Below, in pieces: positions 9,067 through 19,439 of a stretch of DNA of 64,000 bases. The position numbers and the translations under genes are program-made. Positions within the stretch are counted from its first letter, which is position 1. Each line of letters begins with the position of its first letter. This DNA comes from Bradymonadia bacterium (GTDB lineage Bacteria; Myxococcota_A; Bradymonadia; UBA7976; UBA1532): the NCBI GenBank assembly GCA_046290225.1, contig JBKAGE010000081.1:45412-109411 (forward strand), written 5' to 3'. Below the pieces are notes generated by a model. That model was given only the letters and a program-made list of their open reading frames with translations, had not been told where the DNA came from and searched no databases.

Positions 9067-12000
9067 ATGGGAGGCCACCGCGGGCTGCGCGCCCTCTGCC
9101 TGACAGTGTTGTGGACCATCGGATGTGGTGGGGGCACCCCCGCAGATCCCGGCGACAGAGGCCCAGGGGGCGATGGCTCCGGTGGGCCTCAGCCCGAGGT
9201 GGTCACGGTTCAGCGACCTCCGGAGCCTCCGCAGCCGTTCAATGTGCGGCATGTGGTCATGGTGCAACTCGATGGCCTCACCCCGAGCATGCTCAGAGAC
9301 TATCTCTCCCGGCCCGCCTCTCGGGGGGATGGCAGGGTGTTGTCTCATCTACTTGGTGCATCGCCGGCGGCGGGGGCTCCCGTGCGATTCGAGCGGGCGC
9401 GTCTGCCGCGGCAGGTGCTCGCGCCTCTCCCCGGCGCCTTGGACACGGTCTCCGCCAGCCTGCTCACAGGGTTGCCGCCCCGAGAGCACGAGGTCCGGGC
9501 CGACGGCCAGCGCATCACCCCGACGGTGAACTCCATCTTCGATGCTGTGAGCCGCGCCGGCGGTGACTCGATCTGTGTGGGCTTCCCCGACTGTGGCACT
9601 GCCACGGAGAAACTCCAGGGGGTGAGCGACGCGGTGCGGGTGTCGAGCCTGGCCAAGGCCCTTGGTGGCCGTCGTCGGCCACCTACCCTCATCACCTTGC
9701 GGCTCAACGGCCTCGCCAGAGCCCTGGAGGCGGGCGGTGTGGAGGCAGGGGTGGATGCGTTGTCCTCGGTGGACCGGCTGCTCTACACCCTCGCCGATGC
9801 AGGGCCTCCAGGAGAGTCCACCCTGTGGATCCTCGCCTCTGGCGCCTCTGCGATCCCGTTGAGCGAGCCCAAAGGGGTCTCGGCGGCCAAGGTGCTGGCC
9901 ACGCTGCGCAGTCAGGCGAAGCAGCCAGGTTTGAGCCCCGACAACCTGCAAGCTACGGGTGGCTTGATTCGGATGACCGATTTGCCCAAGGGGGCTGATC
10001 GCCCGGTGGCTCAGGTCCTCGCGGCGTTGCCGTCCACGGCCATGGTCCTCATGCGGGGCATGGAGGGGGTCTCGGTCTTCGATCCTGATCTCAAGGCACC
10101 TCGGCCTTTGACACAGGTCGAAGCCGAGGGCTATCCCGATCTCGAGCGTCGAGTGCTCTTCTTCGCCAACCCCGGTGACGTCATCGCCCTCGCCGACGCC
10201 GAGAAGGGCTATGTGTATCTGCCTCCAGGCCGGGCGCCGGGTCGGGTGCGTCAAGGGGGCGCCACCGCCGCGGAGACCGACGTGGCGGTGGTCTTCGCGG
10301 GCCTGCCTCTGCGTCGGACGCCTCCTGGGGCCCTCGATCAGATGCCCCTCGAGGCCGTGGCCCCCACGCTGCTCGACGTGCTCGAGGTGGGCGCCATCAA
10401 GCTGGGCCCCGATGTAGAGGCCTTGAGCCAGGCCGCTCGGCTGCGGCCACGGTACGCTACCCCGACGTCAACGCGCTGGGCGAGCTGCCGCGAGGCAGGC
10501 GACGCCGCACGTCGGGTCGAGGTGCCGTGCACGTCGGTCATGCGCCACACGAGAGATCCGCGAGCGGCCGCTGAGGCGTTGCTGTTGCGGACTGTCGCCG
10601 ATGCCAAGGCCGGCGCTGAAGAGGCGGTCGTGCGCCAGCGCCTCGAGCTGGTGGCTTGGCTTGATCCCCACGTACGCTGGCCCATGAACGACGGCGGCTT
10701 GAAGCCCATGTGGCCCAAGCGGCCAGTCCGTGGCCGCTCTCCTGGGGGCGTGCTGGTGCTCGTGGGCGGCCTGGAGGCCGAGGTTATGGCGCCGGCGCTC
10801 GGCGCTCTTGAGGCCTTGGGCAAAGCCGAGGTGGTGCCTGTGCAGCGTTTGCCGCTCTTCGTGCCCGACGGAGACGACAGCTTCGCCGCCCTCATCGGAC
10901 GCGTCACTGGAGCGTCGGCGGTGGTCTGGGCCCACGAAGGCAAGGTGAAGATCACCGCCCCGACGGCGCTCTTCGGGCGCCTGGAAGGCCCGGGCTGGTC
11001 CTCGGCACCGCTCGGCAGCGACATCTCGTCCGACCAGCGGCTGGCCACCGTGGCCTCTCACATCCATCTGACTCAGGGCCTCGTGGCCCTGGAGAACGGC
11101 TACCCCGCTCGGGCCAGCCGTTATTTGTCTTCGGTGCAGGGCCTGTCTCCTGAGGTCGACCGCTGGCGGAAGACCATGCTCGACTTCAGCATGCGGGCTG
11201 CTGATCCCGAAGCAGCGCCTGCAGAAGGCGGCCTCGAGGCAGGTTGGGTGGGGGCCGTACAGGCCATCATGCGCCGCGTCGATGGTGAAGGCCCCGAGCT
11301 GCCCACCAGCGGTGAATGGGGGGCCCGAGAGGCCAAACTGCTCGAGGCCGCTCGAGCCGCCGTGGGCAAAGAGCCTGCGCTGTGTGCCCAGCCGCCTCTC
11401 GCCGACCGCCTCACCGCTTTGTCCCGTGGGGCGGAGATCCTGGAGAAGCTCTCGCTGCCGGGCCTCGCCGCCCGGGCTCGAATCCGTCGCGCTGGCCTGC
11501 TCGCCGAGAAGCCCGAGGCCGCCATGGCGGAGCTCGACTTCGCCCTCACCCTCATCGAGGCCGAGTGGGCCGGCTGGCTCAGGGCGGATGTGGCCCGGCG
11601 GGTGCTGCAGATGGCCATCTACGCCCCCTGGGCTCAGGGCACACCACAGAGAGGGGCGCTCATCGATCGCGCCGCTCAGGTGGTCTTGCGCCGTATGCAG
11701 GCTGATCTCGCCGCGGCTCGGGCCGAAGGCGTGGATCCGAAGAAGAGCCTGGAGCAACTGACCGCGCTGCTCGACGGCTCCACCGCCAGCCTGCCCATGC
11801 TCCAGCGAGAGACCCTGGAGCTCGCCGTACAAGGGAACCCCGAGCTACGACCTGCGCTGATTCAGCAGTTCCTCGTCGACGGTGCTGGCTTGACATCATT
11901 GTTCACCGCCGAGGGGGTGAGGCGACTGCGCATCACCGCGGACCTCATCGAGCAGCTCGCTGATCCGCCTCGGGGCCTCAAGATCAAGATGCCTCCTGAG

Positions 12001-14658
12001 GAGCGTGCTCTGGGCCTCGCCGTGTCTGCGCTGATGTCAGCCACGGCAGATGTCCTGCAGGGGCAGATGCCAGAGGCCCTGGCCCGCATCGAAGGCGCCA
12101 ACCTGCTCGCGGAGAAGTACGACGCTCTGAAGGGGAGAGAGGCTGCGCTCAAAGCCGGTCACGAGACGCGTATGGCGGCGTGGGGCCCTCAGGTGTTGCT
12201 GGTGGCGCGCCTCGCTCGGATCGTGATCTTGAAGATGGCCGGCCGGGCGGGCGAAGCCCGGGACATCATCGAGGTGATGCTGAGGGACGCTCGGGCATTC
12301 GCGCGGGCAGAGACCCGCCGCGCCGCTGCCGACGCCACCCTCGATGGTCACATCGATGGGGTCGTGGGCCTGACCTACTGGATGCTCGAGGTGCTCCTCG
12401 CCGGTGACGACGCCAGCCGGAACGAGGCCCTGGGACAGATGCGCAAGGCAGCACGTCGGGTGGACATGCGGTTGCCCAAGGCAGGCCCTCGAGAGACCGC
12501 CCGCTGGTGGGTGCTCGCCGGCATCCTCGCCCGGGACATCGCGTGGGCGGTGGAGGTGGGCGTCGCCGGCAAGGTGGATCGTGGCCAGCTCAAGGCCTGG
12601 AAGGGCATCAAAGCGGGGATGGAGGCTCTCGTTCGCGATTGGGAGCCCGCCCTCGAGTCTCGGATCCTGCGGATGGTGCTGGCCATGGGCCTCACCGCAC
12701 AGCGTGCTCTCCCCGAGATCGTCGCCGGTGAAGGTCCGTGGTGGCAGCGCCCCTTGGGCATCGACGCCCTCAAGCGCCTGAGCGCCAAGTTGGGCCAGAT
12801 CTCCAGCACCGGGCCCCAGATGGCCATCGACCGATTGCTCGCAGAGCAGCTTCAGGGCGTGCTGGCCAATGCCAAAGCCCTCGGCGATGAGGGCGCCTTC
12901 AGCGCAGCGTGGGGCAAGGTGGTCAATCGTCAGCGCAAGGCGATGAGCCCTTCTGATCCTGCAGAGGCCCGGGTGTTGCTGTTGCTCGAGTCCGCCGCCG
13001 TGGCCACCCAGAGCAAGCGGTGGTCCGATGTGCTGGCGCTGGCGAAGGCCGGCCCTGCCCTCGCCGAAGGGACCGCGCTCTCGGACATGCCGTTCTTGTG
13101 GCCCGCACTGCAGGTCATGGCACATCGCCGCAAAGGCGACGTCACTCAAGCCATTGCTGCCCTCGACGTCGTGGGTGATCAATGCCCGGCGTTGCGTTGG
13201 CAGCTCGAACCCCTACGGGCCATCAGCGCCGCCAACGCCTCTGCTTTCGGTCAGGCCATGGAGCGTCATCGCGACGGCGCCCGTCAGGCTCAGGCCGGAG
13301 GCATCGTGGGCAAGGTGGAGCTGACCTTGAAGGAGGGCGATGGCCGTCTCGAGATCTCGGTGGAGATCCCGCTGATGTCAGTGCTCCTCGGACGCCCCAC
13401 GGGCACGCTTCAGCTTGGCGCCGGCTATCAGTCTGAGAGCAACGCGCATGAGCCGGTAGTCGTCACCGTGAGCGGTCAGGCCAGCGCCGTGGAGGCTGAG
13501 CTTCAGGGCCTGATGTTGAAGGCCTGGCGGGCGTTCCTCTGGGGAGACGAGGCTGGTGGTCAGGAGGCCCTCAGGCGCCTGTCGGTCCGTTTCGCCGCCG
13601 AGGGGTGGCAGATCAGAGAGCCCCTGGAGGCCATCTGGCTCGGCGCCATCGCCGAGCTGCACGGCCATCGCGCTCTGGGTCGCTGGCTCATCGAGGGCGC
13701 TGCAGCGAAGGCCGAGGCCGGATCCCCCGACAGCCGGACCGGGCGGGTTCCGTTGTGTGACGATCAACCTGCGCCAGAAGGATCAGAGCTGATCGTCGCC
13801 AGCACGTGCGAGGCACCCGCCTTGCTGGCCGCTACTCTTTCTGAAAATGCACAGCGGGCCGTGGCTCGATGGGTGGCGTTGCGGATGCGGGCGAGAGAAG
13901 GGCAGCCGATCAACGGGGAGGCCATCTCCGAGATCCTCGGTGCCGCCAATACCCACGCTGCATCTCTGGTGCCCGAGTGGTCTTTGCCGCTCACAGGCGC
14001 TTTTGCTGGTGCAGTCGATGCGAGTGAATTGCCCGAGCTGCAGGGGGCGCTGGTGATGGCCGTGAAGGGAGAAGGCAACGCCGTGGAGACCGCTGTCACA
14101 GGTGGTTATGCCTGCGAGCTGACGCTGCAGATGCTCGAGCAGGAAGCACCCCGAGCGAGCCTCGCCACCGTGGCCCGAGCGTGTGGCGCCAGCCCATTCT
14201 CCATTGCTGCGTTGAGCAGAGCGCTCACCGAGTCGAAGCAGCTTTCCGTGGCCTGGCCCCTCGCCGCGGAGGCTCTGGAGATGTTGTTCGAGGTGAGGGG
14301 ACCCGGCCCGGCGCCGAGGCTGTGGCCTCTGGCCCGACGCCTCGCCTCCGTCGAGCATCCGAGCTGGGAAGGGGAGCGTGGTGAGGCAGCGGCGCGTTTC
14401 GCCCGCATCGGTCAGCGCCTCGAAGATCCGCAACAAGCCATGCACTTCAGAGCTGTGGCCCTCGCCGTCTCCCTCAAAGAGGGGTCCCGGCTGCCCGAGC
14501 CATCTGATGAGGTGCTGGTCGATGCCATGAAGATGAAGCCTGCACCGCCGAGCCTGCCCTTCTTGAAGGCGCTAGTCTTTGCAGCGCCGGATGAGGGCAC
14601 CCGTCGCCAGCTCGCCGTCCAGTGGCTCAGTGGGCTCAGCTCGCAGAAGCGCCCGTGA
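9067..14658 (+). CDS. Very large lipoprotein (1863 aa): N-terminal alkaline-phosphatase-superfamily-like domain and long helical C-terminal region
   Basis: AGGAG RBS; lipobox TIGC; HVVMVQLDGL, SLLTGLPPREH and QGGATAAETDVAVVFAG resemble NPP/AP motifs; the rest is Ala/Leu-rich and helical. Confidence 0.6.
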   Translation: MGGHRGLRALCLTVLWTIGCGGGTPADPGDRGPGGDGSGGPQPEVVTVQRPPEPPQPFNVRHVVMVQLDGLTPSMLRDYLSRPASRGDGRVLSHLLGASPAAGAPVRFERARLPRQVLAPLPGALDTVSASLLTGLPPREHEVRADGQRITPTVNSIFDAVSRAGGDSICVGFPDCGTATEKLQGVSDAVRVSSLAKALGGRRRPPTLITLRLNGLARALEAGGVEAGVDALSSVDRLLYTLADAGPPGESTLWILASGASAIPLSEPKGVSAAKVLATLRSQAKQPGLSPDNLQATGGLIRMTDLPKGADRPVAQVLAALPSTAMVLMRGMEGVSVFDPDLKAPRPLTQVEAEGYPDLERRVLFFANPGDVIALADAEKGYVYLPPGRAPGRVRQGGATAAETDVAVVFAGLPLRRTPPGALDQMPLEAVAPTLLDVLEVGAIKLGPDVEALSQAARLRPRYATPTSTRWASCREAGDAARRVEVPCTSVMRHTRDPRAAAEALLLRTVADAKAGAEEAVVRQRLELVAWLDPHVRWPMNDGGLKPMWPKRPVRGRSPGGVLVLVGGLEAEVMAPALGALEALGKAEVVPVQRLPLFVPDGDDSFAALIGRVTGASAVVWAHEGKVKITAPTALFGRLEGPGWSSAPLGSDISSDQRLATVASHIHLTQGLVALENGYPARASRYLSSVQGLSPEVDRWRKTMLDFSMRAADPEAAPAEGGLEAGWVGAVQAIMRRVDGEGPELPTSGEWGAREAKLLEAARAAVGKEPALCAQPPLADRLTALSRGAEILEKLSLPGLAARARIRRAGLLAEKPEAAMAELDFALTLIEAEWAGWLRADVARRVLQMAIYAPWAQGTPQRGALIDRAAQVVLRRMQADLAAARAEGVDPKKSLEQLTALLDGSTASLPMLQRETLELAVQGNPELRPALIQQFLVDGAGLTSLFTAEGVRRLRITADLIEQLADPPRGLKIKMPPEERALGLAVSALMSATADVLQGQMPEALARIEGANLLAEKYDALKGREAALKAGHETRMAAWGPQVLLVARLARIVILKMAGRAGEARDIIEVMLRDARAFARAETRRAAADATLDGHIDGVVGLTYWMLEVLLAGDDASRNEALGQMRKAARRVDMRLPKAGPRETARWWVLAGILARDIAWAVEVGVAGKVDRGQLKAWKGIKAGMEALVRDWEPALESRILRMVLAMGLTAQRALPEIVAGEGPWWQRPLGIDALKRLSAKLGQISSTGPQMAIDRLLAEQLQGVLANAKALGDEGAFSAAWGKVVNRQRKAMSPSDPAEARVLLLLESAAVATQSKRWSDVLALAKAGPALAEGTALSDMPFLWPALQVMAHRRKGDVTQAIAALDVVGDQCPALRWQLEPLRAISAANASAFGQAMERHRDGARQAQAGGIVGKVELTLKEGDGRLEISVEIPLMSVLLGRPTGTLQLGAGYQSESNAHEPVVVTVSGQASAVEAELQGLMLKAWRAFLWGDEAGGQEALRRLSVRFAAEGWQIREPLEAIWLGAIAELHGHRALGRWLIEGAAAKAEAGSPDSRTGRVPLCDDQPAPEGSELIVASTCEAPALLAATLSENAQRAVARWVALRMRAREGQPINGEAISEILGAANTHAASLVPEWSLPLTGAFAGAVDASELPELQGALVMAVKGEGNAVETAVTGGYACELTLQMLEQEAPRASLATVARACGASPFSIAALSRALTESKQLSVAWPLAAEALEMLFEVRGPGPAPRLWPLARRLASVEHPSWEGERGEAAARFARIGQRLEDPQQAMHFRAVALAVSLKEGSRLPEPSDEVLVDAMKMKPAPPSLPFLKALVFAAPDEGTRRQLAVQWLSGLSSQKRP

Positions 14659-16464
14659 GTAGTTGTCAGTGCCCTCATCTCCGAAGATGTCTCCACCGGG
14701 CTCTGCCACCGTCTCTTCTGAGAGGCCGAGGGAGGGCTGAGGTTCAGTGCTCAGGGGCGGTGGGCGCTCTGTGTCCATCGTAGGCGGATACCCCTGGACC
14801 GTCGGCCGGCCATCGGCAGGCGGGCTGGGCTGAGTGAACTCTTGCGCCCCCTGATTGACAGTGTCGTCGCACAGAGCATCCTCTTCATCGGTCACGAGTC
14901 CCGTCACCACGATGGGCAAACGAACTGAGAAGACCGCACCCTGGTTCGGAGCGTTGCCAGCGGTGAGCGTGCCACCGAACTCCTCGACGATCTCTCGGCA
15001 GATGCAAAGCCCCAGGCCGGTGCCTTCACCCACTGGTTTGGTGGTGAAGAAACGATCGAAGAGACGATGTAGGACGGCTGGGCTCAGGCCAGGGCCATCG
15101 TCCATGACATCGATCACCACCATCCCCTGTACCTCGTGAGAGCGTACGGTGACGCAGCCACCTGGCTCACGGTGCTCGGCAATGGCCTGGGCGGCGTTGA
15201 CCAGAAGGTTCACGAAGACCTGTGAGAGGCGTCCTGGCGCCCCCCTGATCTGGGGGGCCCCCGTGAGCACATCCACCAGGGTCACGTTCGCACTGCGCAG
15301 CGTCGAACGGGTGATGCGGATGGCGCTGCGGACTGTGTCGTTCACGTTGAAGAGCGTGGTGTGACTGGTGCGGCCGATCGTGTTGATGTCCGCGACAATC
15401 TCGTTGATACGCTCGAGACCCTCGAGGGCCTCCGAGAGAGAATCGCGCATGTCCACGAGCAGGCGCTCGCCCCCCCCGAGACTCCAGGGGAAGCTCATGC
15501 TCGACGAGTGATTGTTCTGGGAGAGGTGGCCCAGACCACTCTCCAGGTGGCCGAGGTTCGAGGACAACCAGGCGATGGGCTGCTTGATCTCGTGGGCCAC
15601 GCCCGTGGCCACCTGCCCCACCGAGGCGAGGCGCTCGCTCACGAGCATACGGTTCAGCAGATGCGTGTTCTCCAGACTGAGCGCCAGCTGGGTGGCGAAG
15701 ATGCCGAGGCGCTCCAGATCGGAATGTTGGAATGGGGTGGGGTTGCGCGTGCGGCCGAGGCAGAGCACCCCGAGCAGGTGATCGTTGAGGAACATCGGGT
15801 AGATGATCAGGCAGCGATCGTGAGCGCCCTGGGCACCTGGCTCGATGGAGGCTTCTGGCGCGCGGCGTTGAACCACCCGCGCCAATACCGAAGGGCCGGG
15901 CTGTAGATCCTGGGCGCCGATGCTGTGAGCCATCCTCAGCTGCCCATCTTGCCTGGGCAGGTAGAGGGTAGAGGCCTCACACGCGATCAGGGACATGGCC
16001 ACAGTCGTCGCTTCTCTTGAGAGCTTTTGTTGATCAGCACGGGCGGCGATGACCCGCTGACAGGCGTGAAAGAGCGTCGAGGTCCTGCGCAGCGCCCGCT
16101 GCTCCATGGCCCGGCTGATCAGCGTTTGTACTTGCTGAAGATCGAAGGGCTTGCTCAGGAAGTCCATGGCGCCATTGCGCATGCAGTCCACTGCTGCCTC
16201 GAGGCTGGAGGCCCCGCTCATACCGATGACTTCGGTGTCAGGCGCCGATGACTTCAAGTGTCGGATCAGCTCGTTCCCCTGCATCAGGGGCAGCTGGACA
16301 TCGGAGAAGACGATGTCGAACTCGCTGTGCTCCAGTTCGTCGAGGGCATGCTCGGCGCTTGAGCACGAGGCCACATTGTGGCCCGAGCGACGACAACTCT
16401 CCGTCAGCAGATGGCAGATGTGCGGATCATCATCGACGATCAGAATCTGAGCCCCAGTGCTCAC
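14572..16464 (-). CDS. Hybrid sensor histidine kinase (REC-GAF-HisKA-HATPase)
   Basis: ILIVDDD, FSDVQLP and FLSKPF receiver motifs; GAF-like LIIYPMFLNDHLLGVL; GVAHEIKQP; QVFVNLLVNA, DDGPG, FFTTKPVGEGTGLGL. Start placed at the GTG after GGAGG. Confidence 0.92.
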   Translation of the reverse strand: MSTGAQILIVDDDPHICHLLTESCRRSGHNVASCSSAEHALDELEHSEFDIVFSDVQLPLMQGNELIRHLKSSAPDTEVIGMSGASSLEAAVDCMRNGAMDFLSKPFDLQQVQTLISRAMEQRALRRTSTLFHACQRVIAARADQQKLSREATTVAMSLIACEASTLYLPRQDGQLRMAHSIGAQDLQPGPSVLARVVQRRAPEASIEPGAQGAHDRCLIIYPMFLNDHLLGVLCLGRTRNPTPFQHSDLERLGIFATQLALSLENTHLLNRMLVSERLASVGQVATGVAHEIKQPIAWLSSNLGHLESGLGHLSQNNHSSSMSFPWSLGGGERLLVDMRDSLSEALEGLERINEIVADINTIGRTSHTTLFNVNDTVRSAIRITRSTLRSANVTLVDVLTGAPQIRGAPGRLSQVFVNLLVNAAQAIAEHREPGGCVTVRSHEVQGMVVIDVMDDGPGLSPAVLHRLFDRFFTTKPVGEGTGLGLCICREIVEEFGGTLTAGNAPNQGAVFSVRLPIVVTGLVTDEEDALCDDTVNQGAQEFTQPSPPADGRPTVQGYPPTMDTERPPPLSTEPQPSLGLSEETVAEPGGDIFGDEGTDNYSRALLRAEPTEPLDGELATGALIRRCKD

Positions 16465-16573
16465 ACGACCTCCACCGATCTCGCTGCGCTGATCTGCGCG
16501 CCTGAACCTAGAGGAACGGCGTGGAGTCAAAAAACTTTAGGAAGACGTACCGGGAGCAAGCGGGGAAATACGT

Positions 16574-19426
16574 TTAAAAATCAACAGAACCAACGTTCTG
16601 GTGCTGGTCGTAGATCTCCAAGCGACCGGGGCCTTGGAGCGGCGCCAGGTGAATCTCGGTGGTGGGCCAGCCTTCGAGTTCCGTGCGTTGTTCGGTGCCG
16701 CCTGCGTCGCGACCGAACACCACGGTGCGGGTGATGACACCGGGGCGCACCTCAAGGGGCGTCAGTGAGGCGGACATCCCGCCAGCAGGGGTCCAGACCG
16801 CACGCAGCCCCTCAGCGGGTCCACCGAGGATCATGCTGAACCCTCGACTCGACCCTTGGATGTTCAGGTCGGGGCCGTGGCGCCAGAGGCTGCCTGTGGG
16901 CCGCAGGCCGTCGAAGGGGCCACCGGTGTCCGTAGAAGGCCCATCGGGCAGGTTCACTGAGACAATCAGGCCACCATCCTCTGCCTGCCGCCATTGCAGC
17001 TGCAGGCTGGCCGGGGTGATCTCCATGGCAGGGCTCTCGATGCGGTATTGCTCAGGTGAGCCCCCCTCGGTGGATACACCATGACCTTCGATGATGACGT
17101 GGTACGTACCCGGATCGAGTTCGAAGGGCAGCTCCCAACGTAGAGACCAGCGGTGATCCGTCGAATAATCTCCGAGGTAGCGCAAGATCGAGTCGAAGCC
17201 GCTGATGTCCACAGGTTGCCCCAGAGCATTCGTGACCATCTCCATGGCCCCCGCTGCCCCCGGCCGAGCCAGCCACGCGTTCGGAAGGTCGACCCCAGGG
17301 TGACCGCCATGCCAGCGCAGCACGATTTGAGAGCCTCGGCTCGCCCGAGGCCCTGGGGCGTCGATCAGCCCCCCAGCAGCTTCGGACCCCGGCGTGGCTG
17401 AAATCGTGTCGTCGGCCAGATCGGTCCACCAGTGAGGCTTCACGCGTCGATCCCATGGCTCCCGCTCTGGGGTGAGCAGTCGAGCGGCGATGTCTCGAGA
17501 GCGATCGACGAGGTACTCACCGAGGCGCCAGCCCCAGGTGCTGGTGCTGGACTCATAGCCGCCGTGGAACCAGTCGTCGGCGCCGAGCAGATAGAACATA
17601 TGGTCCTGAGCGTACCCGAGGGCCATGGCCGTGATGGGCTGCCCTGCTGATTGCCCCTCGGCCTGCACAGCCTGCGAGACCATCAACGTGATCTCCGAGG
17701 AGGGCTCCCCAGGCAGGGTCACTGCGAAAAGATCGCCGAGCCGCAGTGCGGTGAGCGTGGTCTGCATGTTCTGGGGCACGGGGAAGCCCACGACCCTGGC
17801 GATGTCGAGCAGACAGCCGAGATCACCATCCTCTGCAGGATCTTCGGACCAGTTGCGCCCCTCGAGCAGACACTGGAAGGCGCCATAGGTGTGTACGGTG
17901 CTCCGAGTGCGGAAAGCCTCTGCCTCATAGCCGAGGATGTCGCGGCTGATGGCCACGCGCTCGGTGATCAGCTCCACGTCGATGTCGGCGCGGGTTTCGA
18001 TCCCAGCAAAGGCCGGCGCCACGAGTGCCGCCACGCGGTGCCCCACCACCTGCATCTTGGCCCAGTCCGTATCGGTGGCATCGTCTCCTCTGGGGCTGGT
18101 GTTGCCGCCGGCGCCGTTCGTGTAGAGCACCGGAACCACCCGACCGGCCTGTTCAGAGAGCACCTCGCCGGCGACGACCTCTACTGCACCGTGCACGTCA
18201 CCGGTGATCCAGGTGTCGTTCATGTGCGTGCCGTGGATGCCGAAGTTCACCATGGCGGCGAGGGGCTCACCCTCAGCATCGTCGATGCGCCAGATGAACA
18301 TGCGATCGTCGAAGATGTCGGGGCCTTCGCTCCGCCGGTTGGTGTGGATGCGCCCCTCGGGATCAAAGCCGTCCAGCAGGGTCCAGCCGAAAGACGCCGG
18401 CTGGGCGTCGTCGAGGGCTTCTGCGGCGGCCTCGGCCATCGAGCGCGCCACCCGGTCGGTGATCTCCAACGAGAAGAGACCGAAGCCGAAGGTGCCAAAG
18501 CTCAAGTTGGAGAGCAGGTTCCAATATCGAGCAGGCTGGCTGTGAGAGTGGGTCGCGGCGAGTAAGATGTGATCAGCGTAGTCGATGCCATCCGGGTGCT
18601 CGGCGTCGACAGTGAGCTGGCGCAGGTGCCACGCCGTGCGGGTGATGAGGAAGTCAGTGGGGAAGCACAGCGGGGCACGGATCAAGATGAGCAGATCATC
18701 CGCGTCGGAGATCACCAGGGCCCGAGCATCTTGTCGCTCGAGCACTCTGTCGGATCCACCGAGCTCGATGGCATAAGGGGTGTTGGGCCCGGCGCGGTTG
18801 CCGAAGCCGGCGAGCGACACGCCTACGGGCATACTCAGAGGGGTGACGCCCACACCGGCATAGATCTGCCCTGGCTGGCCCAATGGTATGGCAGGGGCCC
18901 CTACAGGTGCCCCGACGTACCTCTGACAGCGGCCATTGAAGCATTCACCGTCTTCCGGGCAATCGAGATCGGTCTCACAGGCATTGACGCACAGATCTTC
19001 CACACAGATCTGGCCGAGAGGGCAACGTGGGGTACACGGCCGCGGTCGGCGCTGGCAGCTGCCATCGAGCTCGCAGGGCAGGGCACAGTAGCCGCCCAGG
19101 GCCGGATCATCACAGACCTCACCTGGTGCACAGGGCGCCGGATCGTCACCGTCGCAGCGCGCCGGGGCCTCGAAGACACACTCGCCTTCGACGCAGTCAC
19201 CATCAGGGCACTCGTCCGGATAGACACAGCTGTTGTCTGGTGGCCCTTCGTCGGGTGGCAGACCATCTTCTGGCCGGCCTTCATCAGGTCGAGCATCCTC
19301 CGAAGGGGCCATGTCGACTGCGCCGTCATGACCCTGTGTCGCAGGATCGTCATCACAACCGAAGAAGGTGCAGAGGAGGAGAGCCAGGTAAAAGGCGAAG
19401 GCGGGTCGAAACAGTGGTCTGTGCAC
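16574..19426 (-). CDS. Neutral/alkaline ceramidase family lipoprotein with Cys-rich N-terminal repeats
   Basis: Lipobox FFGC; AATHSHSQP, NFGIHGT, GAGGNTSP, LPGEP and GGYE motifs of the neutral ceramidase family. Confidence 0.8.
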   Translation of the reverse strand: MHRPLFRPAFAFYLALLLCTFFGCDDDPATQGHDGAVDMAPSEDARPDEGRPEDGLPPDEGPPDNSCVYPDECPDGDCVEGECVFEAPARCDGDDPAPCAPGEVCDDPALGGYCALPCELDGSCQRRPRPCTPRCPLGQICVEDLCVNACETDLDCPEDGECFNGRCQRYVGAPVGAPAIPLGQPGQIYAGVGVTPLSMPVGVSLAGFGNRAGPNTPYAIELGGSDRVLERQDARALVISDADDLLILIRAPLCFPTDFLITRTAWHLRQLTVDAEHPDGIDYADHILLAATHSHSQPARYWNLLSNLSFGTFGFGLFSLEITDRVARSMAEAAAEALDDAQPASFGWTLLDGFDPEGRIHTNRRSEGPDIFDDRMFIWRIDDAEGEPLAAMVNFGIHGTHMNDTWITGDVHGAVEVVAGEVLSEQAGRVVPVLYTNGAGGNTSPRGDDATDTDWAKMQVVGHRVAALVAPAFAGIETRADIDVELITERVAISRDILGYEAEAFRTRSTVHTYGAFQCLLEGRNWSEDPAEDGDLGCLLDIARVVGFPVPQNMQTTLTALRLGDLFAVTLPGEPSSEITLMVSQAVQAEGQSAGQPITAMALGYAQDHMFYLLGADDWFHGGYESSTSTWGWRLGEYLVDRSRDIAARLLTPEREPWDRRVKPHWWTDLADDTISATPGSEAAGGLIDAPGPRASRGSQIVLRWHGGHPGVDLPNAWLARPGAAGAMEMVTNALGQPVDISGFDSILRYLGDYSTDHRWSLRWELPFELDPGTYHVIIEGHGVSTEGGSPEQYRIESPAMEITPASLQLQWRQAEDGGLIVSVNLPDGPSTDTGGPFDGLRPTGSLWRHGPDLNIQGSSRGFSMILGGPAEGLRAVWTPAGGMSASLTPLEVRPGVITRTVVFGRDAGGTEQRTELEGWPTTEIHLAPLQGPGRLEIYDQHQNVGSVDF

Positions 19427-19439
19427 GGGCGCTCCGTGA

